From positions 1 through 63,305 of the IMG/VR virus record IMGVR_UViG_3300032087_001789: a stretch of DNA of 63,305 bases. One strand, given 5' to 3'. Of this stretch, positions 7,480 through 16,918 are shown in pieces; the first letter of the stretch is position 1, and each line of letters opens with the position of its first letter. Under the pieces are notes generated by a model that was not told where the DNA came from, did not search any database, and saw only the letters and a program-made list of their open reading frames with translations. Source of the stretch: a virus (lineage: Duplodnaviria > Caudoviricetes). The position numbers were made by a program, and so were the translations under genes.

Positions 7480-7779
7480 ATGAGTAAGATAAATAATCTA
7501 CGGCTAACAGAATGGATGGTATCGGTTATGGAAAGCGGTGCATCCTATGAAATCTTGTTTCTCTACGAGGATGATGATGGCTCTACCAAGGTGTTGGAAG
7601 AGGGTGCTCACTACTACTCTGTTGAGGGCAATACTGCGGTGCTAAGCGTTGCAGATGAACAGACTATCGAGATATGGGAAGACAACAAGTCTAATGGTAT
7701 TGAGAATAATCTGTTTACCGACTATGAGTCGGTTACTAAGTATTGGGGAATGATTCCTATCAGCGATTTTAGAAACTAA
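7480..7779 (+). CDS. Acidic hypothetical protein
   Basis: ORF track. Confidence 0.7.
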   Translation: MSKINNLRLTEWMVSVMESGASYEILFLYEDDDGSTKVLEEGAHYYSVEGNTAVLSVADEQTIEIWEDNKSNGIENNLFTDYESVTKYWGMIPISDFRN

Positions 7780-7789
7780 ACTAAACACT

Positions 7790-8164
7790 ATGACAGAAGG
7801 GCTTTATGCTATCGTTGTAGACCCACGCAAGGGTCTGCGACTTGAACACTTGCCGAACGGAAAGGCGAGTCTCAAAGAATTGTATTCAATCATTGGATGC
7901 GATATTGTAGAACTATCCGTGCTGACCAAAAACGGATTGGAATTGTATGTTGATGAAGAAGGCTTTGTCAATGGTAGCGCCAACAACATTGGCGTGTTCC
8001 AACTGCAGGATGCCGATGGCGAACGCCTTGGGCAAGTAATGTATGCAGGTATCGGGGTTATCCTTGAGGTTGACCACGAGTTCGATGAGTCTATCGGCTT
8101 CGAGAAAGAGAGAGCCGAACAGATTATGGAATCGCTAATCGTACAGACTGCGATTGCACTTTAA
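7790..8164 (+). CDS. DUF3846-like protein
   Basis: L.ELY.IIGCD.VE ... LYVDEEG ... G pattern. Confidence 0.65.
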   Translation: MTEGLYAIVVDPRKGLRLEHLPNGKASLKELYSIIGCDIVELSVLTKNGLELYVDEEGFVNGSANNIGVFQLQDADGERLGQVMYAGIGVILEVDHEFDESIGFEKERAEQIMESLIVQTAIAL

Positions 8165-8194
8165 CCCTAACTTTAATTCAATAAATAAATCTCA

Positions 8195-8941
8195 ATGAAA
8201 AAGTTTCTTGTATTGGCTTTAGCAGTAGCCACAACAACTGCATTCGCTCAAGGTAACCCGAACGGAAACGGGAACGGCAATGGTAACAAGTCTTCCTCTG
8301 TGAAGATTACGATTAAGGACAACGACAAGAATGTCAACAAGAATCGTAACAAGAATGTGAATCGTAACAACAACAAGAATGTTAATACGAACACCAACAC
8401 GAATACCAACACCAACACGAATACCAACACCAACTCGAATAGCAATGTGAACTTCAACTCTGCCGAGGGTGGGTACTCTGTATCGGATGCCGTGTCAGCC
8501 TCTAACAATGCGGTTGATGTGTACAACGACAACTCAACTATCGTAGAGAAGCAACTCAACGATGGGCTACAGACTATGGTCGGGGTTGGCGTGATTGTGA
8601 ACGCAAGTGCTAACCTCATCGAGTCTGTTGGCTCAGCCAACTACAACTTTGCCTTGGCTACCCAAGTTCGCAACGAGACTTACGCTACCTATCAACTTGG
8701 TCGTGTTGAGACTCTGTTGAACGGACAGAGCCGAGAGCAACTGACATCTAAACAATGGAACAAGGTTCAGCGCATTATCGCCAAGGGCGGTAAGACTGAG
8801 AAACTTGAGAGTGGGTACAAGGTTGTCTACTTCAAGGGTAAGTATCGCTACGACCTAACGATTGATGTGAACCCTGCTCGTATTGATGTAGGCGAAGGCT
8901 ACGAACCTGCCTTTTGGCTGACTAAGACCTTGATTCATTAA
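8195..8941 (+). CDS. Secreted protein with Asn-rich low-complexity repeats
   Basis: Sec signal MKKFLVLALAVATTTAFA|Q, followed by NG and NxNxN repeats. Confidence 0.8.
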   Translation: MKKFLVLALAVATTTAFAQGNPNGNGNGNGNKSSSVKITIKDNDKNVNKNRNKNVNRNNNKNVNTNTNTNTNTNTNTNTNSNSNVNFNSAEGGYSVSDAVSASNNAVDVYNDNSTIVEKQLNDGLQTMVGVGVIVNASANLIESVGSANYNFALATQVRNETYATYQLGRVETLLNGQSREQLTSKQWNKVQRIIAKGGKTEKLESGYKVVYFKGKYRYDLTIDVNPARIDVGEGYEPAFWLTKTLIH

Positions 8942-9039
8942 TCACGGCAAACATAAAAATACTTTGCCGAGGTGCTTGTGATTCACACTTCGGCTCGGTA
9001 TATTAGTAGAAACGAATCACTAACTAAAACCACTTTTCT

Positions 9040-9612
9040 ATGAGTAAACTAAACTCAGCGCTCATCAAAGTTCAGTCGGAACTTAAAGCGCCAAAGAATC
9101 AGCGTAACAACTTCGGTAACTACAACTACCGCTCTGCTGAGGACATCCTCGAGGCGGTCAAGCCGTTGCTGAATGCGAATGGTTTGTCAATGACTATCAC
9201 AGACTCTGTTCAAGAGTTAGGTGGTATGGTTGTCATCACGGCTACGGCTACAATCACAGATGGTACTGACTCTGTATCGGCATCTGCTCAAGCAGGTGTT
9301 GACCCTAACCGCAAAGGTATGGACATCGCTCAGTCATTTGGTTCTTCATCTTCTTACGCTCGTAAGTACGCTATGAACGGACTTCTGTTGATTGATGACA
9401 CCAAGGATGCTGATGCGACTAACACGCACGGAAAGACTGCCTCAAGCCGTCCTGCACAATCTCAGTCTTCGGACAACGATTGGTTCGGTAAGGCTATCGA
9501 GTACATCAAGTCTGCATCCGACAAGTCACAAGCATACGATATGGTAGCATCTAAGTACGGAGCGACTGCGAGTGAGAAGCAGTTATCTGCACTTAAAAAG
9601 TTTGTTAAGTAA
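9040..9612 (+). CDS. erf: ERF-family ssDNA annealing protein
   Basis: APKNQRNNFGNYNYRSAEDILEAVKPLL and Q.FGSSSSYARKYA...DD.KDAD signature. Confidence 0.92.
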   Translation: MSKLNSALIKVQSELKAPKNQRNNFGNYNYRSAEDILEAVKPLLNANGLSMTITDSVQELGGMVVITATATITDGTDSVSASAQAGVDPNRKGMDIAQSFGSSSSYARKYAMNGLLLIDDTKDADATNTHGKTASSRPAQSQSSDNDWFGKAIEYIKSASDKSQAYDMVASKYGATASEKQLSALKKFVK

Positions 9613-10082
9613 TGATAAAGGTTCTTAAAGTATTAGCCATCATTGTAGGTGGCTTTATGGGAATTATTGTTTTTACTGCAGCGTTTTTAGTATTCACGGG
9701 TGGGAGCATTGATGCTCCTGCCCCTGCAGAAAAAGATGTTGTTGAATCCAATGACACGAGAAACGAGTATCAAAGAAAGTTAGACTCTTTGAACTACGAG
9801 CAAGTAGCGTACTCTGTTCTCGAAGACTATGCAAGAAATTTGGTAAAGAGTAATGGTCACGCCAACTACAAGCCAATCTTCGGTAGCAGGTTTTCCAACT
9901 ACGCAATCGTAGGTTATAGTTTCAAAGCGGACAACATCTACGGACAGACTCGAGAGTATGTAATTACCTGCTCTGTTAGTTATGCTTACTTGGCTGAGAA
10001 ATACACAGATGAGCAGTTAGAGATGTACGGGTTACCTAAACCTAAACTCGAGATTACTAACATTCAAGTAGTAGAAAGATAG
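9612..10082 (+). CDS. Membrane-anchored hypothetical protein
   Basis: N-terminal TM helix. Confidence 0.7.
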   Translation: MIKVLKVLAIIVGGFMGIIVFTAAFLVFTGGSIDAPAPAEKDVVESNDTRNEYQRKLDSLNYEQVAYSVLEDYARNLVKSNGHANYKPIFGSRFSNYAIVGYSFKADNIYGQTREYVITCSVSYAYLAEKYTDEQLEMYGLPKPKLEITNIQVVER

Positions 10083-10083
10083 T

Positions 10084-10887
10084 ATGCAGTTTGCAAAAGC
10101 AATTCAAGACAAAACGGGGAAGGGGTATGTAAGTGCCTCTTCTCTTAAATACGCTATCACGGGTAGCAAGGACTTCGATATGATGGCTTGGGAACTCAAT
10201 ATGAAAGGAGAACTCAAGAAAACATCTAAGGCATTCACATTCGGTGGATTCTACGATAGTCTGTTGCTTACACCCGAGGATACTTGGGAACGCTATGTCG
10301 TTCTACAAGATGATGAGATTTGTGCTGAGATTGGCGGTAAGAACCCTCGTGCTACTAAACGCTACAAAGAGTGGAAGGAAGAGCAGATGGGCGACAAGGA
10401 ATTGATTACTGCAGTCGAGCATAATGTCGCAAAGGTTATGGTCAACAGACTAAAGTCTTCCGAGGTGGTTGACTACGAAACGGGCGAGGTTACAAACTTG
10501 GCTCAGTTCATCGCAGGTACACCTCAGCAGGAGTTCAACACTTGGATTGGAGATGTGCCCGTACGAGGCTTCTTAGATGTCTTAGGCGATGGATTCATCA
10601 CAGATGTCAAAACCTCATCACGCAGTCTGTCTCAGTTCAAGTGGGATGTTCGTGATTACAACTACGACCTACAAGCGTGGATATACTGCGAGGTCTACGG
10701 CATCCAAGACTTCTATTGGTTGGTACAGACTAAGGACAAGCCATATACTTGTGGTCTGTTCAAGGCTTCTGCCGAGACATTGGAAAGTGGTCGTAACAAG
10801 TTCTACGATGCGGTGGGTAACATCAGCGAGTGGTTGATTGAGTCCCCAAAAGATACTAACACCTTTGCCGTTCAAGGCACAATCTAA
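10084..10887 (+). CDS. PD-(D/E)XK exonuclease, RecE/ExoVIII (DUF3799)-like
   Basis: SASSLK, RGFLD, DVKT, Y.LQA.IY motifs; next to ERF. Confidence 0.85.
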   Translation: MQFAKAIQDKTGKGYVSASSLKYAITGSKDFDMMAWELNMKGELKKTSKAFTFGGFYDSLLLTPEDTWERYVVLQDDEICAEIGGKNPRATKRYKEWKEEQMGDKELITAVEHNVAKVMVNRLKSSEVVDYETGEVTNLAQFIAGTPQQEFNTWIGDVPVRGFLDVLGDGFITDVKTSSRSLSQFKWDVRDYNYDLQAWIYCEVYGIQDFYWLVQTKDKPYTCGLFKASAETLESGRNKFYDAVGNISEWLIESPKDTNTFAVQGTI

Positions 10888-10888
10888 T

Positions 10889-11275
10889 ATGGATATGTTT
10901 AAACTTCAAATTATCATTCGTAGCGTAAAGCGTACGTTTGCGAATGCGTTCTTAGGTGGGTATGTTCCTACCTACAATACTGCAACTATCAAGCATCTGC
11001 TTGAGGCAGTATATCGAATGTACGGGGTGGACTACACCGAACCACAATTCGGTCACAACACCAATGTACTGAAACAATCACTTGTTGTATTGTTGAATGA
11101 GAGTGGACAATTCGAGACTGATACAGAATTGACTGAGGCTTTGTTACAAGCAGGGGTTGCCCAACGAGGGTTTAGCCGTCGCAATGTGACACACCTCATC
11201 AATACTATGGGCGACACCCCAACTGACGGATTGTTTTACAATATGTTCGTTCAACGTGTTCAATCAATTCTTTAA
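10889..11275 (+). CDS. Hypothetical protein
   Basis: ATG right after the upstream stop. Confidence 0.65.
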   Translation: MDMFKLQIIIRSVKRTFANAFLGGYVPTYNTATIKHLLEAVYRMYGVDYTEPQFGHNTNVLKQSLVVLLNESGQFETDTELTEALLQAGVAQRGFSRRNVTHLINTMGDTPTDGLFYNMFVQRVQSIL

Positions 11276-11295
11276 TCTTTTAAACAGAAAACAAA

Positions 11296-11610
11296 ATGGC
11301 TGATTACCAAAACAACAACCCACTTGTGGGATTCGTAAACGCACCACGCACAGAGGTTCGTATTTCATTTACTGAGGCAGAACTAAATGACCTCAAGAAC
11401 TACCTAACGGGTAAAGAGACTAAGCGTGTGTACTTGACCATCAAGAGTGGCGAGAAGAAAGACAAGAGCGGTACTTACCAAATCTGTTCAGTCTACGACC
11501 CTCGTGCTAACGGGCAAGGCTCACAAGCATCTCAGCAGTACGCTCAATCACAAGGCGCTCCTGCACCGACTCAAGCAAATCCAACTCAATCGGCTGACTT
11601 GCCGTTCTAA
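11296..11610 (+). CDS. Putative single-stranded DNA-binding protein
   Basis: Short beta-rich core, Q/A/P-rich linker, C-terminal DLPF tail; in the recombination module. Confidence 0.7.
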   Translation: MADYQNNNPLVGFVNAPRTEVRISFTEAELNDLKNYLTGKETKRVYLTIKSGEKKDKSGTYQICSVYDPRANGQGSQASQQYAQSQGAPAPTQANPTQSADLPF

Positions 11611-11651
11611 AATTAATTTACAATTCATTAGGAATTGGATTATTGTTTGAC

Positions 11652-11690
11652 TATATTTGTGCCCCTGCGAGAAATCGTGGGGGCGCTTTT
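11652..11690 (+). promoter_or_regulatory. TATATTTG promoter followed by a GAAA-capped GC hairpin and a U tract
   Basis: TATATTTG 11652-11659; GCCCCTGCGA-GAAA-TCGTGGGGGC-GCTTTT. Confidence 0.65.
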
Positions 11691-11691
11691 A

Positions 11692-11732
11692 CGAGAAGGA
11701 TAGGCGTACGGGGTTCGATTCCCTGCTTCTTG
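11692..11732 (+). ncRNA. Minimal tRNA top-half mimic, copy E
   Basis: 7-bp CGAGAAG/CTTCTTG, GATAGGCGTA linker, 5-bp CGGGG/CCCTG with TTCGATT loop. Confidence 0.7.
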
Positions 11733-11751
11733 ACAAATTAAATTAAATACT

Positions 11752-12168
11752 ATGAAAAAGTTCATTTCATTTGTAGCGTTGGCTACATTGCTGTCTTGCA
11801 CGGCACAACCACGAGTATTAGATATAGAATACGGAGCGTACTCTGTCGATTGGATTGCCGTTGAGGAATCGGGATGGGCAGGTGGCGTTGACTTCGACAC
11901 AACCATCCTCAGTCTGTGCGAGATTAGATTCGACTACGGGCAGATGTACACATTGGTGGATGGCGTGATTCAACCCGTACCTACGATGGGATTCATCTAC
12001 GAGACTAAGTTTGACTTTATGGTAGAACTGAGAGGGGACATCCTACAGATTGGTCTTGAGGAATGGGTAGTCGTTGAGACACCATTCGGATTTGAATTGA
12101 CACGCACTACCAACTACAATGGTATGGGCGTTCATTATCACACAATGCGATTAACAGAAATCAAATGA
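11752..12168 (+). CDS. Putative lipoprotein
   Basis: MKKFISFVALATLLSC lipobox. Confidence 0.75.
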   Translation: MKKFISFVALATLLSCTAQPRVLDIEYGAYSVDWIAVEESGWAGGVDFDTTILSLCEIRFDYGQMYTLVDGVIQPVPTMGFIYETKFDFMVELRGDILQIGLEEWVVVETPFGFELTRTTNYNGMGVHYHTMRLTEIK

Positions 12169-12503
12169 AAGCACTAACTAAAGTTCTCGCCAACTTCTTG
12201 TACGCAGAAGGTATGGGGGATATCAGCGAAATCACAGACACGACCTTTTGGATTGAGGGTCAGCGCAAGAACCGAGTAGAGGTATTCCATACGCACCTCG
12301 GCAGTAGCGTAGACTTATCATCCGCTTGTCTGTGTGCAGACTTCCTGCTTCTCGCTTTGCTTGACAAAACGGGAGACAATGTGATTCTGTTGCGTACAGA
12401 TAAAGTGAAAGAGCAAATGGTTGACGGCTCTATCAAACTCGTTGACCTCGCAGATATAATTGTATACAGATGGGCAGTAGAGTTCTTACCGCAGAAAACC
12501 TAA
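12165..12503 (+). CDS. Hypothetical protein
   Basis: ATGA coupling. Confidence 0.65.
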   Translation: MKALTKVLANFLYAEGMGDISEITDTTFWIEGQRKNRVEVFHTHLGSSVDLSSACLCADFLLLALLDKTGDNVILLRTDKVKEQMVDGSIKLVDLADIIVYRWAVEFLPQKT

Positions 12504-12745
12504 ACATAGAGTTCCACAGAGACAGACTGATTTGGAAGGCGTTGGTTCATTACGGACTACATCACGGAGATTCAGCCAAGGCTCTTGGGCTTACAGAGAA
12601 AGGACTGCAACTAATCTTAGATAAAAAACCCAACTTATGGAAAAGCGCACAATATACCTGCATCGAATTGAATATAGATATAAGAAAGGGAAAGGCTTCA
12701 ATGTTCGGGAAACGGAAATCTGCTCTGTCTGTAAAACGGCAATAG
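12470..12745 (+). CDS. Fis-like helix-turn-helix protein
   Basis: R..IWKAL..YG.H...SAKALGLTEKGL pattern resembles HTH_8. Confidence 0.55.
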   Translation: MGSRVLTAENLNIEFHRDRLIWKALVHYGLHHGDSAKALGLTEKGLQLILDKKPNLWKSAQYTCIELNIDIRKGKASMFGKRKSALSVKRQ

Positions 12746-12909
12746 AGATGAACAAGACCCCACGTGTTGTGGTCACGCTCAAGGCTGAGGCATTCGGCAT
12801 CAAGTCTGTTGCCTACAAGACACCGAACAACCTATGGGTAACCAAGGTGCTCGAGTCCAAGCCTATCAGCGAATCTTTTCACTATAACGATGACAACTAT
12901 GATTCTTAA
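12637..12909 (+). CDS. Hypothetical protein
   Basis: ORF track. Confidence 0.6.
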   Translation: MEKRTIYLHRIEYRYKKGKGFNVRETEICSVCKTAIEMNKTPRVVVTLKAEAFGIKSVAYKTPNNLWVTKVLESKPISESFHYNDDNYDS

Positions 12910-13615
12910 ACCCAACCGACTTATAGACTTCTTCCCCGATGACAATCGCTTCCTGCATTTTGTCGCCAAGAAGAACGGTCTATTCTTCCTCAACGATGAT
13001 GATGTCGAGTCTGCAAGGTTCTTTGCCCTGCAGTCTGTTATGCGACTTGTCAACTCGGAGTATGAGTTTGAGGATGAGAAACATCTCTACTCTGTTGTGG
13101 AGATGAACGTACTGCGAGGTATCTACAGAATGATTGAGTGGAACTCATCTAACAAGAACTCGCAAGACATACGCCCCGAGAGTGACTTCATCGGGTCGGA
13201 TGATGAAGAGGGTCTACACACCCACATTACGACTGCACGTGCAGATGTCAAAGACTACGACAACACACTCGAGTTCATCGAGGAAGTAGCGCAGGAAATC
13301 TTAGATGACATTGGGTACGCAGTTTATGAATTGACATTGGGCGATGTCGCACGTAAGGATATATCCGAGCGCTTGGGCATCAGCACCGAGGCGGTTCGCC
13401 AACGTCAAAAGAGCAACATCAAAAAATTAAAGAAATACTACGACAAGTATGAGAATGACCAAAAAGATATTCGACAGACTCGTGCAGAAATACGAGGAAG
13501 AGTTCGACCTAAACCCACTAAAAAAATCAAGGCAACGGAACTTTCTTATTCCACGGCAAGTGCTTTTCTACGTACTCAATACGAAATTCCATTTGCACTT
13601 TCAGACCTTGAGTGA
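12890..13615 (+). CDS. Sigma-70/ECF-like factor (region 4 HTH)
   Basis: RKDISERLGISTEAVRQRQKSNIKKLK region-4-like HTH; region-2-like N-terminal helices. Confidence 0.7.
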   Translation: MTTMILKPNRLIDFFPDDNRFLHFVAKKNGLFFLNDDDVESARFFALQSVMRLVNSEYEFEDEKHLYSVVEMNVLRGIYRMIEWNSSNKNSQDIRPESDFIGSDDEEGLHTHITTARADVKDYDNTLEFIEEVAQEILDDIGYAVYELTLGDVARKDISERLGISTEAVRQRQKSNIKKLKKYYDKYENDQKDIRQTRAEIRGRVRPKPTKKIKATELSYSTASAFLRTQYEIPFALSDLE

Positions 13616-13889
13616 TTGGACGGGTTGGGAAAGAACGGTCTGCTACAACTCGATGAGACGAGTGCAGGACGGAATTGATATCCGTGATGGAGCGTACGTA
13701 GACGAAATAAATAAATGGGCGCTTGTTTTCGAGGCGATGACGGGGTATATTAACGTAACCTCGAAACTCGTTGAGGACAAGTCTGTTAGCGCTGAGGCAT
13801 CTATCATCAAGTTCCTTGAAGAGTTCGACAAGACGACATCACTCGACATCTTGTATAACGTTGTAAACACTATCCGCAATGACAGATAA
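13449..13889 (+). CDS. DnaA domain IV-like HTH protein
   Basis: SRQRNFLIPRQVLFYVL...L..WTG.ERTV...RRV resembles the DnaA C-terminal pattern. Confidence 0.6.
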   Translation: MRMTKKIFDRLVQKYEEEFDLNPLKKSRQRNFLIPRQVLFYVLNTKFHLHFQTLSDWTGWERTVCYNSMRRVQDGIDIRDGAYVDEINKWALVFEAMTGYINVTSKLVEDKSVSAEASIIKFLEEFDKTTSLDILYNVVNTIRNDR

Positions 13890-14352
13890 ACAAAGAAAGG
13901 ATACGAAGATATTCCAAGGAGTGTTGATGTATTTCCCTAACGCTATCCGTGAGGTAGCCAAGTGTAGTCTCGCATCAAACAGACAGCACAACGGAGATGC
14001 ACCGCTCTATTGGGATATGAGTAAATCTAAGGATGAACTTGGTAGTCTAACACGCCACCTCGTTGACCTTGCCTCGGGAGAGGAATACGATGAGGATGGA
14101 ACGCTCAACCTTGCGAAGATTGCGTGGAGAGCGCTTGGCGCATTGGAGCGACATCTAACGGGCGATGAGTCCTTTGAGAATGAAAACTTTTACAAAGAAT
14201 TAAAATCCACAGACAATGGCGAAGAAAGAACCGAGAGTAACGATGTTTCAGTCAGTCTTCAAGACCGACAAGCCGTATCATATAACCCTTACGACTGCAC
14301 TCAAACGCATAGCGGAGGGGTCATCCAAGGATACGATACAAGCCGTACGTGA
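13879..14352 (+). CDS. dATP/dGTP diphosphohydrolase-like (DUF5664) protein
   Basis: YFPNAIREVAK.S...N.QH...L.WD..KS...SL.RHL...LAKIAWRAL..LE. Confidence 0.75.
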   Translation: MTDKQRKDTKIFQGVLMYFPNAIREVAKCSLASNRQHNGDAPLYWDMSKSKDELGSLTRHLVDLASGEEYDEDGTLNLAKIAWRALGALERHLTGDESFENENFYKELKSTDNGEERTESNDVSVSLQDRQAVSYNPYDCTQTHSGGVIQGYDTSRT

Positions 14353-16051
14353 CGGAGACAAGAAGAAGAAGACGGAGTTACCCGTAGTTCTGTTCTCGGG
14401 GGAGTTTACTTCCCGTGAGGATGACCAAATCATTTCGCATAGCGGACTGATTGTACTCGACTTCGACCACATTGATGTAGAGGCGTACAAGAACATTCTC
14501 TGTACGGATGACCACATACTTGCGTGTTGGGTTTCCCCGAGTGGGGATGGACTCAAGGCGCTTGTGCGTATCAGCAACCCCGAGCGTCATCGTGACCACT
14601 TCCGTGCCCTTATCCAATACTTCGACAAGCAGTACAACTTGGAACTCGATTCATCGGGTGCTAACGAGTCTCGTGCTTGTTTCGAGTCTTGGGATGAGCA
14701 TATCTGTATCAAGGAAGATGCACAGACCTTTGGTGGTATGCTGTCCGATGAGGGCGCTACCCGTAACCAAAACGCCACTCTACTTGAGGGAGACTTCACA
14801 GACTATCAAAAACTAAACATCGCTGCGAGAATGATTCGTACTGCGGTGGATGGCGAGAAGCACTCTACTCTGTTGAAGGCTTCGATTCTGTGTGGTGGTT
14901 ACATCGGTGCAGGTCGTATGGAAGAGGCTGAGGCTATCCGAGTCCTCGAGCGTGAGATTGAGAAGCACGACATCGACTCTATCGACACGGCACGTAACAC
15001 AATACGTGATGGTATCGAGCAGGGTAAACAACTTCCTATCCGTGAGGTTATGGATGTTGAGAACGAGATTCAGCGTGAGCAACTTATCGAGTCTACCGAT
15101 ATGTCATTCGTATCTTCGGATGATGAGGATATGGCTTGGATTAACGCACTCGCTGAGGGCAAACTTCAACTCGGACTCACAACGGGCAACGCTAAACTTG
15201 ATGAACACTTCCGCTACAAGAAAGAGTTCTTTATCTTCAACGGACACTCGAACGTAGGTAAGACTACGATGGCTCTGTATATGATGGTCAACGCATCTAT
15301 GCGACACGATTGGAAATGGCTCATCTACTCTGCAGAGAATAAGACTGCAAGTATCAAAGCCAAACTGATGCAGTTCGCAGGTAACAAGAGACTCGAGAAG
15401 ATGTCCTACCACGAACGCAAGTTCTTATACGAGTGGGTCAACAAACACTTCGTAGTCATTAGCAACAAGCAAGTCTACACTTACTACGACTTGATTATCT
15501 TCGCTGAGAAGATGATTAAAAATGGCGGTATCGACGGATTCTTCGTAGACCCGTACAACTCGTTAAAGATAGACTTGAGTGGTCGTAACCAAATCGGTGT
15601 ACACCAATACCACTACGAGGCGGCAAGTGAGTTCCTAACCTTTGCTAACAAGCACGACATTGCGGTGTGGCTTAACACCCACGCAGTAACAGAGGCACAG
15701 AGACGCAAGGGGGAAGACGGCTTACCAATCGCCCCGTTCGCTGAGGATACTGAAGGCGGTGGACTTTTCGTGAATAGAGCCGATGCGTTCGCCACATTCC
15801 ACAGAAAAATTCAGCACCCCGAACCACATATGCGTAGAACGATGGAGTTCCACGTACGTAAGGTTCGTGAGGTTGAGACGGGCGGTAAGCCTACGGGATA
15901 CCTTGAGCCATTGATGTTTGAATTGAATGGTTCAATGACTGCGTTCTCTATCGGTGGTCGACCTTTGTTCGATGACCTATTTACTTCGCAGAACGGAAAG
16001 CAGACCGAGGCAGAGTTACCTCAGCCTACGGACTTGCAAAACGTGTTTTAA
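14216..16051 (+). CDS. Primase-helicase: VirE_N/BT4734-like AEP domain fused to a DnaB-like SF4 helicase
   Basis: SGLIVLDFDH, SPSGDGLK, SRACFES; Walker A GHSNVGKT, YSAEN, FVDPYN. Confidence 0.9.
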   Translation: MAKKEPRVTMFQSVFKTDKPYHITLTTALKRIAEGSSKDTIQAVRDGDKKKKTELPVVLFSGEFTSREDDQIISHSGLIVLDFDHIDVEAYKNILCTDDHILACWVSPSGDGLKALVRISNPERHRDHFRALIQYFDKQYNLELDSSGANESRACFESWDEHICIKEDAQTFGGMLSDEGATRNQNATLLEGDFTDYQKLNIAARMIRTAVDGEKHSTLLKASILCGGYIGAGRMEEAEAIRVLEREIEKHDIDSIDTARNTIRDGIEQGKQLPIREVMDVENEIQREQLIESTDMSFVSSDDEDMAWINALAEGKLQLGLTTGNAKLDEHFRYKKEFFIFNGHSNVGKTTMALYMMVNASMRHDWKWLIYSAENKTASIKAKLMQFAGNKRLEKMSYHERKFLYEWVNKHFVVISNKQVYTYYDLIIFAEKMIKNGGIDGFFVDPYNSLKIDLSGRNQIGVHQYHYEAASEFLTFANKHDIAVWLNTHAVTEAQRRKGEDGLPIAPFAEDTEGGGLFVNRADAFATFHRKIQHPEPHMRRTMEFHVRKVREVETGGKPTGYLEPLMFELNGSMTAFSIGGRPLFDDLFTSQNGKQTEAELPQPTDLQNVF

Positions 16052-16068
16052 TTCTGTAACTTAGATGT

Positions 16069-16542
16069 ATGAGAAGGTATAACAGAAAGAAGAAAACGGG
16101 TGCGGTAAAGTCGAAGAAGAAATCTATTGACGGCATTACCTTTGCATCTTCTCTTGAGGCTTATACCTACTCTAAGTTAAAGGATAGTGGTTTAGACTTT
16201 GAATATGAGGGCGAATCTTTCGAGGTTCTGCCCTCGTTCAAGTTTATGGGTACATACTTGTCCTCATCCCCGAAGAAGAAAGAACTTACAGACAAGACGG
16301 GTAAGGTTGTACGTGCTATCACGTATACGCCCGACTTCGTGAGCCATACTCACAAGTTCATCATCGAGACTAAGGGCTTTGTACCGAGCAACCACTCGTT
16401 TCCGTTGCGTTGGAAACTATTCCTATCCTATTTGAATAACAATGATATGGGAGACTACAAGGTCTTCCTGCCTAAGAATCAAGGTCAAGTAGATGACCTA
16501 ATTAAAATCATCACAGATGAGCAACCCACAATCTTTGACTAA
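16069..16542 (+). CDS. Endonuclease I/DUF1064-like resolvase-type nuclease
   Basis: F.S.LE, YTPDF, IETKG motifs. Confidence 0.8.
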   Translation: MRRYNRKKKTGAVKSKKKSIDGITFASSLEAYTYSKLKDSGLDFEYEGESFEVLPSFKFMGTYLSSSPKKKELTDKTGKVVRAITYTPDFVSHTHKFIIETKGFVPSNHSFPLRWKLFLSYLNNNDMGDYKVFLPKNQGQVDDLIKIITDEQPTIFD

Positions 16543-16738
16543 ACAAGAGGTCTTTGAGTTCCAAAAGAGAACCATTGACCGCATCGCAAACTACGTGTAT
16601 GACTTGGAGGACAATCTGTCCGAAGGTGGATGCACAGACTTAGCACACGCTAAATCGGAAACCGCTTGGCTAAAGAAAGCCATTGAGGTTGAACTTGAAG
16701 GTATCGTATCAATCGTAGAAGAATTTCACGGGATATGA
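16517..16738 (+). CDS. Hypothetical protein
   Basis: ORF track. Confidence 0.6.
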   Translation: MSNPQSLTKQEVFEFQKRTIDRIANYVYDLEDNLSEGGCTDLAHAKSETAWLKKAIEVELEGIVSIVEEFHGI

Positions 16739-16917
16739 TATTGCTAAAAGTGTTGGGCACGATATGGCTACTCGCCTCGTTCGTGTACACCGCTACTCTA
16801 ATTGACGTAAAGGCTTTCCCGTTCCGTCCGAAGATGGACTTGGGTAAAACTCTAACATACCTTGTAATGATTACGTGGTTCGTAATCGCATTGCATTGGT
16901 TCTACAATCTGTTCTAA
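16735..16917 (+). CDS. Small two-TM membrane protein
   Basis: Two hydrophobic segments. Confidence 0.65.
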   Translation: MILLKVLGTIWLLASFVYTATLIDVKAFPFRPKMDLGKTLTYLVMITWFVIALHWFYNLF

Positions 16918-16918
16918 G

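Noticed and set aside
13879-14352. Z-base (2-aminoadenine) or other modified-base pathway
   Set aside because: No PurZ, DatZ, dedicated polymerase or 7-deazaguanine genes seen; strong restriction-site avoidance argues for unmodified DNA.
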